Made by a program: the position numbers and the translations under genes | Source: Staphylococcus phage S6 | Length of the DNA: 64,000 bases | Sequence record: LC680885.1 | Strand: one strand, 5' to 3' | In this document: positions 8,559 to 16,758 of the stretch, in pieces | Numbering within the stretch: position 1 is the first letter of the stretch | Layout: every line of letters starts with the position of its first letter | Notes under the pieces: model-generated | Database searches by the model: none | What the model was told of the DNA's origin: nothing | The model's input: the letters and a program-made list of their open reading frames with translations, nothing else

Positions 8559-9395
8559 TTGAGTAAAGATTTTTTCTCTCATAATAATGTAAATTATAAA
8601 AAAGATTTAGATAAACAACTTGATGATGATTTAGATAAAATTTACGGTCAACAATCTATGGATACCAATCCTTATGGTCATGTAGGGTTTGTTGATAAGG
8701 ATGTTAGGGAAGCTAAAGAGAAACTTGATAAGCTTAATGATGATTTGAGGCTTAAAGGAAACAGTGCAATGATTGATAGTGATTTAATTCTAAAGGGAAT
8801 TGATAAACGTAAAACTTTAGAAAGGGAAAAATTGAATAGTGTTTATGACAGTATATATGATCTTGGTTCCATAGTTCCTGTAAGTCATAGTTACTATAGA
8901 CAGCTGGATGAGATTAATAAACGTAATACTAATATAAAAAATAACTCTCGTAATTATATTAAAAAAGATTTAGATGAAGAAGCATTGAATAGAAGACAAT
9001 ATAGAAATATGTGGAATAAACCTGTAATGACTTATGAACAAAAATTAATGAATAGATTAGATGAAATAAGAAGTAAGAAAATAACTAATAAAAATAAAGA
9101 AAGATATACTGTTGAAGTTTCAGCTATAATGTATATAACAAGTTGTAAATTTATTCCTGAATTCACTAAAGATGATATAATGAATGCTTATTTTGATGTA
9201 AAAGAAATGATGAACAAAAAAGATAAAATCTTAGGAAATGGTGAAAGTGTAAAAAATTTCACTTTAATATTTGCTAAAGCTATATGGTTTTTAAGAGGAA
9301 ATATTAAAGAAAAGAGTATAATAACAAATCATTCAGCACATGCAATTAATACTAATTTTTTAATAAAAGATTTATATGATCTTAGAGTATTTTAA
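8559..9395 (+). CDS. Hypothetical protein (TTG start)
   Basis: SD gaaaggag 10 nt upstream of TTG 8559. There is no nearby in-frame ATG. Confidence 0.5.
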   Translation: MSKDFFSHNNVNYKKDLDKQLDDDLDKIYGQQSMDTNPYGHVGFVDKDVREAKEKLDKLNDDLRLKGNSAMIDSDLILKGIDKRKTLEREKLNSVYDSIYDLGSIVPVSHSYYRQLDEINKRNTNIKNNSRNYIKKDLDEEALNRRQYRNMWNKPVMTYEQKLMNRLDEIRSKKITNKNKERYTVEVSAIMYITSCKFIPEFTKDDIMNAYFDVKEMMNKKDKILGNGESVKNFTLIFAKAIWFLRGNIKEKSIITNHSAHAINTNFLIKDLYDLRVF

Positions 9396-9414
9396 TTAGG
9401 AGAGTGAAAAAGAT

Positions 9415-9804
9415 ATGGGAAGTTTAATAGGTTTAATTGTGCTAATAGTAAATTCACTATTAGCATCAATTTTTATTTTTAGTAACTTAGGAAAAATGGG
9501 TAAATTTAAAAACAGTTCATGGGTTCCAATTGAAAGAGAGATAAAAAATAGAATGAAATTCTTAATGGCTATTAATTTTATTCTATTTCTATCATCATTA
9601 ATATTATTATTTAAAAATATTATATCGGCTCAAGTATCATTATTATCAATAATTATATTTGGAGGGGTATTTATATTCTTTTTATTTAAATTGATGAGAG
9701 ACAATCAGTATTTTAGTAAGAGTAATAAATTTTATAATACAGTTTATATGATGAGTTTATTTTTATTAACAATAGATGTTTTATTATCATTTTATAATCT
9801 ATAA
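9415..9804 (+). CDS. Membrane protein (4 TM)
   Basis: SD ttaggagagtg. Hydrophobic throughout. Confidence 0.6.
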   Translation: MGSLIGLIVLIVNSLLASIFIFSNLGKMGKFKNSSWVPIEREIKNRMKFLMAINFILFLSSLILLFKNIISAQVSLLSIIIFGGVFIFFLFKLMRDNQYFSKSNKFYNTVYMMSLFLLTIDVLLSFYNL

Positions 9805-9837
9805 AAGATTAAAGAAATATATAAGTTAAATAAAGAT

Positions 9838-9875
9838 GAGGTAATGACAAATTATATGTCATTACCTCTAATATA
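9838..9875 (+). repeat. Conserved hairpin element, copy 3
   Basis: gaggtaatgaca-aattata-tgtcattacctc-taatata. Confidence 0.7.
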
Positions 9876-9893
9876 CTATAAGGAGAGTTTAAA

Positions 9894-10985
9894 ATGAAAA
9901 AATCATTAATAACAGCATCATTATTAAGTACGGTACTACTGTTGGGAGCATGCGGAAACGAAGGATCATCATCAGAGAATAAAGGGTCAAACTTAAAACC
10001 AGAAAAGCAAGAAGAAATTTATTCTAAAGAAGCAAAATTATTAGGTAAAGCAATAAGTAATGAAGATGCTATGGATGATTCTACAAATAAAGTTTCAGAT
10101 GATTTTAAGAAATCTTTAGACAGATATGAAGATAAAACTAAAAATTTAGATAGCGTAGATACTCAAGTTGGTGATTTAACTTTAAGAGTTGGAAAATCTA
10201 TTGAAATCATGAGTGAACGCATGTATGAATTAGATAAGTTCAATAAAGATAATCCAGATAAAGAAATGGAATACAATCTAGCTCTTGTTGATGTTGGAAT
10301 TAATACCGCTCAATCTCTAGAAAGTATAAATGAAGATTATGAATCAATCGATGTATCATATAAAAATGAAATTATCGGTAAGAAAGCTAATGAAGAAGTA
10401 ACTGATGTTTTATCAACTTTCCCAGCATATGAACTTGATGAATTGATAGATGATTATGGAACTGGTATTGTTGGAAATGATGAAACAGATCTAACACAAG
10501 AACAACAAAAAGTATTATCAGACACTAAATATCGAGATGAACTTAAAAAAGAAGTAATGACTCAAGAAGAACCAGACGCTTCTAAAAATGAATATAATGA
10601 ATCTGTGAATATGTTTAATAAATTTGCACCAGAATTCCTTCATTATAAAGAAGTAGATGAAATGGTATCTTCAACAGAAAATAACAATATGATGGATATC
10701 AGAAATGCTGTTGTAAGTGCTAATACAGATGCCGGAGTAGATAGTTATGAAGATATGGAAGAAGATGCTGAATCATTAGAAGATGATACTGAGAGTATCG
10801 AAGATGAAGAAAGATCAGATGACGAAGGATATGATATTGATGGCTGGTCTGCAGAATCTTATAATGAATTAGTAGATGAATATAACACTCTTACTGATGG
10901 TGAAAAAATGGATCACGTAGATGAAGATGTATCTAATATTGAATATGAACAATTAGAAGAGAGAGTTGCAAAATTAGAAGAATAA
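9894..10985 (+). CDS. Acidic lipoprotein
   Basis: Lipobox LLGAC|GN. Very acidic C-terminal half. SD aaggagag. Confidence 0.65.
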   Translation: MKKSLITASLLSTVLLLGACGNEGSSSENKGSNLKPEKQEEIYSKEAKLLGKAISNEDAMDDSTNKVSDDFKKSLDRYEDKTKNLDSVDTQVGDLTLRVGKSIEIMSERMYELDKFNKDNPDKEMEYNLALVDVGINTAQSLESINEDYESIDVSYKNEIIGKKANEEVTDVLSTFPAYELDELIDDYGTGIVGNDETDLTQEQQKVLSDTKYRDELKKEVMTQEEPDASKNEYNESVNMFNKFAPEFLHYKEVDEMVSSTENNNMMDIRNAVVSANTDAGVDSYEDMEEDAESLEDDTESIEDEERSDDEGYDIDGWSAESYNELVDEYNTLTDGEKMDHVDEDVSNIEYEQLEERVAKLEE

Positions 10986-10998
10986 CGGAGGAAATTAA

Positions 10999-12405
10999 AT
11001 GAAGAGAATCTTTAAAAGTTTAACTCTTTATATATTTTTATTTATTTTAGCTTCTTTAACCTTATTTTTAGGATTTAAAGAAGCTATTAATTATATCATA
11101 TTGGGATTATTAACTTTCTTATTAATCCTTTCTTTTTACTTTTTATTAAGTTATGCATATAATTTAATTATATCATTATTTGGATATAAGAAATTAAAAA
11201 GAGATTATGATATTATAGCACCTAAAACTAGATTTTTAATAATGGTAGCTGCTCATAATGAAGAGACTGTTATTAGAGAAACTATTAAAAATCTTAAAAA
11301 GATTAATTATGACAAAAGCATGTTTGATATCTGTATAGTTTCAGATAATTCTACAGATAATACAACAAATATTGCTTTAGAAGAAAATGTTACTGTTGTG
11401 GATACGATTAAAGGAAGATTTAAAAGAGAAGGCGTTGGAAAACCAGCAGGATTACAATATGCATTAAGAGAATTAGGATTTGAAAGTATAAAAAATAAAT
11501 ACGATTTAGTAATGGTATTGGATGCAGATAATTTTGTTAGCCCTAATATATTAAGAGAAGTAAATTCTCAATATATCGCTAAAAATAAACCTGAAGCAAT
11601 TCAAGTCTATTTAGATAGTAAAAATTATGATAGTATGATGTCTTTAGCATATAGTGCAGTATTTTGGACTAATAATAAATTTATTCAAGCGGCTAAATAT
11701 AGATTAGGTTTACCGAATTCAATCGGAGGAACAGGTTTCTCAGTTAGATCAGATTATCTTATTGATAGTGGAGGATTTAACTATGAATCATTAACAGAGG
11801 ATTTAGAAATGGAAGTTGAAATAGTTAGCAATGGTGGAAGAGTTTTATGGAATGATTTTGCGTCTATTTATGATGAAAAACCAGAAGGATTGAAAGTTTC
11901 TATGGTCCAACGTTTGAGATGGGCTAAGGGTCATTTTTACGTAGGATATAAAAATTTCTTTCCATTATTAAAATTATTCGCAAAGACATTTAATATTAAA
12001 TATATAGATAAAATAGTTTTCCTTATGACAATGGGAAGAAGTTTACATTTAGCATTAATGTTATTAGTTATATCATTGCAAGGGTTATATTTATATTTAA
12101 ATAATAAAACAGAAATTATCATAAATAATTTCCATTATCCAACTGTATTACAATTATTAAATGATAATTTCTTATTTTTAGGAATTTTTAATGCTATTCT
12201 ATTAAGTTACAGTTTCTTATTTTTACCATTATATTCTATATATAATAAAATAAAGAGTAAAAATATAATTAAGAATGCAATATCATTTTTATATTATGTG
12301 GTAACTGATTTTATAGTTCAAACTCAAGCAATATTTGTTTGGAAAGAACAAAAGAACTGGGTAAGAACTCCTCATGATAAAAATAAAATAAAAACAGACA
12401 AATAA
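10999..12405 (+). CDS. Processive family-2 glycosyltransferase (polysaccharide-synthase-like), membrane-integrated
   Basis: N-terminal TM segments, VAAHNEE, the DxD motif VLDADN, the Q(R/Q)xRW motif VQRLRWAKG, and 4-5 C-terminal TM segments. Confidence 0.7.
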   Translation: MKRIFKSLTLYIFLFILASLTLFLGFKEAINYIILGLLTFLLILSFYFLLSYAYNLIISLFGYKKLKRDYDIIAPKTRFLIMVAAHNEETVIRETIKNLKKINYDKSMFDICIVSDNSTDNTTNIALEENVTVVDTIKGRFKREGVGKPAGLQYALRELGFESIKNKYDLVMVLDADNFVSPNILREVNSQYIAKNKPEAIQVYLDSKNYDSMMSLAYSAVFWTNNKFIQAAKYRLGLPNSIGGTGFSVRSDYLIDSGGFNYESLTEDLEMEVEIVSNGGRVLWNDFASIYDEKPEGLKVSMVQRLRWAKGHFYVGYKNFFPLLKLFAKTFNIKYIDKIVFLMTMGRSLHLALMLLVISLQGLYLYLNNKTEIIINNFHYPTVLQLLNDNFLFLGIFNAILLSYSFLFLPLYSIYNKIKSKNIIKNAISFLYYVVTDFIVQTQAIFVWKEQKNWVRTPHDKNKIKTDK

Positions 12406-12444
12406 TATTGAATGTGAATAAATAAATTAAAGGAGATATCTATT

Positions 12445-13053
12445 ATGCATATTAAAAAATTTAATGATTCACAATTACATTTTATATCTAAAATGATTGA
12501 CAAGGGTTACAATAATAAAACTATTCTTACACTATTCAAAAAAGAGTTCAATGTAGAAACAATATCTGCATATGTAACACAAGTTCGTAGAGGTCAACAA
12601 GGAAAGAATATTAGCCAAAACTATAAATTTGCTATTGATGGCAACTATCCAACTTATTATGAATGGGTAGAATATTTAATTGATAATGATATCTATTATG
12701 GAACTAAATTTGAAGAATTTGGAAATTATATTAAAACTAAAATTGAAGAAGACGATTTATTCTTAATTACTAAAAGTAATACATTTAAATTGATTGCGTA
12801 TTTACAAGAAACTGATAACGGATTTAAAATAGTAAAATCAATAGATGATAAAGTAATTGATGAAAAATTTACACATGATGTTGAAATTAAAGTTAATAAT
12901 ATGTATAAAGTAAATCTAGAAAATAAAAATTCTTATATACTTTTAAATATTGACATTTCAGATAAATATATGGTACTAATGTATATACTTTTATATTCAA
13001 TTAAAGGCATGGATTCTATAATAAATTATCATTTATATAACGACAAAAATTAA
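12445..13053 (+). CDS. Putative DNA-binding protein; N-terminal HTH-like domain paralogous to 35436..36068
   Basis: QLHFISKMIDKGYNNKTILTLFKKEF...VTQVRRGQQ parallels QVHYIAELIDKGHGNTYILKELKAKF...ITHIRRGEH. Confidence 0.5.
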   Translation: MHIKKFNDSQLHFISKMIDKGYNNKTILTLFKKEFNVETISAYVTQVRRGQQGKNISQNYKFAIDGNYPTYYEWVEYLIDNDIYYGTKFEEFGNYIKTKIEEDDLFLITKSNTFKLIAYLQETDNGFKIVKSIDDKVIDEKFTHDVEIKVNNMYKVNLENKNSYILLNIDISDKYMVLMYILLYSIKGMDSIINYHLYNDKN

Positions 13054-13068
13054 TTAAGGAGAGATTGA

Positions 13069-13386
13069 ATGTTTTCAATAACTATAATATTAATGATAGC
13101 ACTATTAGTAGTGCTATCATGTTATACTCATAAATTAAATAAAGAGAATAAAGATGTAGATTTAACCGAAAATATGCCTAGATATGCTATGGCAAACAGA
13201 AATGCTAAATTAATCTATATTAAAGCAGATTCTAAAAGTTATTTAAACTATCAGATTAACGAATTCAAAAATAATAAAAGATTCAAAGATTATGGTTACG
13301 AAATTGATAAAGTTGATTGGAATGGAAATATTGTTCATGAGAGTAGAGATAGTGACCTCAAATTGATTAAAGATCGGAGAAGATGA
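13069..13386 (+). CDS. Small protein with an N-terminal TM segment
   Basis: SD aaggagag. N-terminal hydrophobic helix. Confidence 0.55.
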   Translation: MFSITIILMIALLVVLSCYTHKLNKENKDVDLTENMPRYAMANRNAKLIYIKADSKSYLNYQINEFKNNKRFKDYGYEIDKVDWNGNIVHESRDSDLKLIKDRRR

Positions 13387-13931
13387 TTATGGCCTTAATG
13401 GTAATCACATTGACGCTCATTATAATTGTGCTTATTGCAATTATTCTTTTTCAAGCTAGTCAAATAAAAAATATTAATAAAAATAATGATAGATATTTTG
13501 ACGAAAACGAGTTTTATAATAGTCAAGATATTTTTGGATTTAACAAAAAAGGAATTATGGGTTTTTTAAATATGTCTTTTGCATTGGTTTCAGAATATGA
13601 TAAAGAAGAAAGATTGTATGCGGGTCATTACTTGTTAAAAAATATGAATGCGAAATTCTTGATATTTGATTCTAATCATGTAATATATAAAGAAGTAACT
13701 TCAAAAGAACTACTGTTAGAAAAAGATAAAAGAGAATATCTTTTTTCAAAACAAATAGAAAGACCTAAATTTTATGATCATTGGTCTAATTTAATTCAAA
13801 CTAATAAAAAACTTAACGCTAAGAACTTGAAAAAATTAACGAATGAATACGACAATATTCTAAAACAAAAATTTGACCTAGAACAAATTAATGAATTTAA
13901 AGATTATATGGAAGGAAGAATTACTTTATGA
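13383..13931 (+). CDS. Membrane-anchored protein
   Basis: Leader aaagatcggagaag. N-terminal TM segment. Start overlaps the upstream gene. Confidence 0.55.
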   Translation: MIMALMVITLTLIIIVLIAIILFQASQIKNINKNNDRYFDENEFYNSQDIFGFNKKGIMGFLNMSFALVSEYDKEERLYAGHYLLKNMNAKFLIFDSNHVIYKEVTSKELLLEKDKREYLFSKQIERPKFYDHWSNLIQTNKKLNAKNLKKLTNEYDNILKQKFDLEQINEFKDYMEGRITL

Positions 13932-14068
13932 CAGTATTAATAATATTATCCATAATGACTTTTTTAGTTGTAGCATTTGGCATTATTGAGAAAGATGTTG
14001 ATATCCTTGCAACTGGAGCTTTAATTGCATGTTTGGCATTGTTTTACGTAGCTTTTGGGATAATCTAA
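13928..14068 (+). CDS. Small hydrophobic peptide (46 aa, 2 TM), not in the track
   Basis: ATGA overlap with the upstream stop. Translation MTVLIILSIMTFLVVAFGIIEKDVDILATGALIACLALFYVAFGII. Confidence 0.4.
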   Translation: MTVLIILSIMTFLVVAFGIIEKDVDILATGALIACLALFYVAFGII

Positions 14069-14098
14069 AAAGAAAATAAAAAGATCGGAGAAATAATT

Positions 14099-14272
14099 AT
14101 GATTATAGCACCTATTTTATTGATAATATCTGTTTTTTTAATAATAGCTTCATTAATATCTTTTGTTATAACAGTTATAAATTTTAATGAAGGAATAGTC
14201 TCTTTAATAATTGCAGTTGCAGGAGGCATATTTTTCTTATTATCTTGTGCATTTGGAATAATGGGTTTATAA
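14099..14272 (+). CDS. Small hydrophobic peptide (57 aa, 2 TM), not in the track
   Basis: Conserved leader aaagatcggagaaataattATG. Confidence 0.45.
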   Translation: MIIAPILLIISVFLIIASLISFVITVINFNEGIVSLIIAVAGGIFFLLSCAFGIMGL

Positions 14273-14296
14273 AATTAAAGATCGGAGAAAATAATT

Positions 14297-14488
14297 ATGG
14301 GTACATTTTTGGGAATATCACTCTTAGTGGCTTTTGGATTAACTTTAATCTTCTTTTTATTAACAGCTATATTTGATGATGTTGAAACATTATTAATGAT
14401 AGATATTATCTTAGGTATAATAACTGTAGTACTATTTATAGCCTTAGGTATATTTGCTATACTTGACCAAAGTCAATTTTACTATTAA
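14297..14488 (+). CDS. Small hydrophobic peptide (63 aa, 2 TM)
   Basis: Conserved leader aaagatcggagaaaataattATG. Confidence 0.55.
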   Translation: MGTFLGISLLVAFGLTLIFFLLTAIFDDVETLLMIDIILGIITVVLFIALGIFAILDQSQFYY

Positions 14489-14517
14489 GAATAAATATTA
14501 AGAGAGGATGATTAGAT

Positions 14518-14787
14518 GTGAATTTATTTAATTTATTTAAAAAAGAAGATAAAAGATTAGCATTAATAAGAAATAAATTTGATGAAGAAAAAATTACTGC
14601 AGTAATCAGAAAAGAAGGTAATAAAATTGAAGTGGAATATTTATTATTTAATGATGAAAATTGCATGATGAGACCTTCTTATTATTCTGAAGAAGATCGT
14701 TTAGAAGTAGAAAACAAAATAAAAGCTGTTATGGCATATTATGGTTATTTAGACAATGACTTTATTATGTATGCAGATGTAATTTAA
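14518..14787 (+). CDS. Hypothetical protein (GTG start)
   Basis: SD agagaggatg followed by GTG 14518. Confidence 0.45.
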   Translation: MNLFNLFKKEDKRLALIRNKFDEEKITAVIRKEGNKIEVEYLLFNDENCMMRPSYYSEEDRLEVENKIKAVMAYYGYLDNDFIMYADVI

Positions 14788-14812
14788 TTATATTAAAAGA
14801 GGTGTTTAAGTA

Positions 14813-14896
14813 ATGATAACGACATACATTATATTTTCAATTTTAGTACTAGGATTAGTTAATATTATTTCATACAAAAAATCAAAAGCAAAATAA
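14813..14896 (+). CDS. Tiny hydrophobic peptide (27 aa)
   Basis: SD aaagaggtg followed by ATG 14813. One TM segment. Confidence 0.3.
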   Translation: MITTYIIFSILVLGLVNIISYKKSKAK

Positions 14897-14906
14897 ATTA
14901 AAAATT

Positions 14907-14958
14907 GGAACTAACCTTTCTATATGAGAGGTTAGTTCCTCATATTTGATTTTTTTTA
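14907..14958 (+). terminator. Rho-independent terminator
   Basis: Stem ggaactaacct/aggttagttcc followed by catatttgatttttttt. Confidence 0.7.
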
Positions 14959-15017
14959 GAAATAATTGCGTTATTTATTATTTCAATTAATTTATTTAGA
15001 AGGAGAGATACATTATA

Positions 15018-15191
15018 TTGATAATTAAAATACTGTTTTTGATATTTTTAGTATTGGGCAATATTTTATTTTTAAATTCATTATTTACAATTATCTTTAA
15101 TGAGTTTGATACATATAAGAGAGAATTAATAATGAATCTTATATCACTGCTATCAATTTTTACTGCATTATGGTTATACTCATTAATTTAA
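15018..15191 (+). CDS. Small hydrophobic peptide (TTG start)
   Basis: SD aggagag 10 nt upstream of TTG 15018. Two TM segments. Confidence 0.3.
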   Translation: MIIKILFLIFLVLGNILFLNSLFTIIFNEFDTYKRELIMNLISLLSIFTALWLYSLI

Positions 15192-15250
15192 ATCAACTAG
15201 AAAAATTTTAATGTTTTTAAGGAAAATTTCTAGCTTTTTTATAAAAAATT

Positions 15251-15259
15251 TGTTATAAT
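15251..15259 (+). promoter_or_regulatory. Extended -10-like element TGtTATAAT upstream of the recombinase gene
   Basis: tgttataat lies 45 nt upstream of ATG 15305. The TATATTATAA motif is absent here. Confidence 0.3.
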
Positions 15260-15304
15260 AAATAACGTTATAGTATTAAATAATTTTTGGAGAGTGAATG
15301 TTAA

Positions 15305-16606
15305 ATGTCAAAATTAACTAGCAAAATTAATGATTTGATTAAATCAAACCCATCAGTGTACGGTAAAGAAGATAATTACACGCCTATGTATGAATCAGGA
15401 GTTGACTTATTGGACTATAGAAATGGTTTCTTAAATACTGTTACAGATGATGAACGTATTGGATTAATGGGCGGTAAAGTAACTACATTTATTGGTGGAT
15501 CAGGTTCAGGTAAAACAACACTTGCTATTCAAGCAGCAGCAAAAATTGTTGAAAAATATGAGAACTCAAGTGTTATTCATTATGACTTTGAAGATGCAAC
15601 TACTGATGAACGTATTTATCAAGTAACAGGTTGGTCTAAAGAAATGAAACAAGAAAAATACACTAAATTAAATAAAAAGATTAGTTTAGATTCAGTAGAT
15701 CAATTAATTCGTGGTATCCGTGATACTAAATTAGAAAATGAAGAAGAATTCACTATCCATACAGACAAAATTGATCCAGAAACTGGAGAAAAAGTTTCAT
15801 TCATGGCTCCAACAGTAGTTATCATTGACTCTGTTGCTACAATGGCTTCTAAAGAAATTGATGATAAAGATGGTGAAGGTGGACAAATGAATGCCACTAA
15901 ACAAGCTAAAGATAATACAACATTCATTAAACGTATTATTGGTTCATCTACATTAAATTCAGCTAATATTATGCTTATTTTAATTAATCATATTACAACT
16001 AAAATTGATATCAATCCATATGCAGCTACACCTAAAGAATTAAACTATCTTAAACAAGGTGAAGCATTACCAGGTGGTAAAGCAATCAACTATATGGCGA
16101 ATAACATGTTTAAGATTAGTCCATCACAGGCTTTAGATCCAGAAGGAAATTCTAATCAAGCTAAATATGGAATTAAAGGTTTTATCAATACAGTTGAAGT
16201 TATTAAATCACGTTCAAATGCAGCTGGTGCTAAATTTGATTTAATCTTTGAACAAAAGAATGGCTTTAATAATGCTTTATCAAATCTATTGTTCTTACAA
16301 AGTGAAAAAATGCTTAAAGGTAATCCAAGAGCTTATCGTATTGATGGTTATGATGATGTTAGCTTTACACTTAAAACATTTATGGATAAATATGAGAGTA
16401 ATAAAGATTTTAAAGAATACTTTGATAACTATGTTAAAGGTATCTATAAAGAAAAATTCTTAGCTAATATTGAACATGAATCTAGTTTAGATAATGAAGA
16501 ATTAGAATTAGTTGAATTAGTTAATAAAGATGAAGATATTTGGTTAGGTTCAGACGGTAATTATTATGATTCTGATAAAAATGCTATAGAAGTATCTAAA
16601 GATTAA
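15305..16606 (+). CDS. RecA-family recombinase (RecA/UvsX-like)
   Basis: Walker A GGSGSGKTTLAIQAAAK. IIDSVATMASKEIDDKDGE resembles RecA VVDSVAAL...EGEMGD. LILINHIT resembles RecA IFINQIR. Confidence 0.8.
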   Translation: MSKLTSKINDLIKSNPSVYGKEDNYTPMYESGVDLLDYRNGFLNTVTDDERIGLMGGKVTTFIGGSGSGKTTLAIQAAAKIVEKYENSSVIHYDFEDATTDERIYQVTGWSKEMKQEKYTKLNKKISLDSVDQLIRGIRDTKLENEEEFTIHTDKIDPETGEKVSFMAPTVVIIDSVATMASKEIDDKDGEGGQMNATKQAKDNTTFIKRIIGSSTLNSANIMLILINHITTKIDINPYAATPKELNYLKQGEALPGGKAINYMANNMFKISPSQALDPEGNSNQAKYGIKGFINTVEVIKSRSNAAGAKFDLIFEQKNGFNNALSNLLFLQSEKMLKGNPRAYRIDGYDDVSFTLKTFMDKYESNKDFKEYFDNYVKGIYKEKFLANIEHESSLDNEELELVELVNKDEDIWLGSDGNYYDSDKNAIEVSKD

Positions 16607-16612
16607 TTTTTA

Positions 16613-16670
16613 AAAGGGATAATTCCAATGAAGATAATATACTTCATTGGAACCCTTTAATTCAAATTTT
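16613..16670 (+). terminator. Hairpin after the recombinase gene
   Basis: aaagggataattccaatgaag...cttcattggaaccctttaa. The T-run is weak. Confidence 0.4.
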
Positions 16671-16680
16671 GGTTCAAATA

Positions 16681-16690
16681 TATATTATAA
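16681..16690 (+). promoter_or_regulatory. TATATTATAA motif upstream of the RNAP beta-C gene
   Basis: Exact 10-mer, then hairpin tgtagaatat...atattctaca, then SD. Confidence 0.35.
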
Positions 16691-16758
16691 GATTGTAGAA
16701 TATTAAGAGCATGATATTCTACAAATATATTCATTATTATAGGAGAGTGTATTAAGAT

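Noticed and set aside
16248-16463. Plus-strand ORF internal to the recA-like gene
   Set aside because: An out-of-frame overlap within a gene that has strong homology support.
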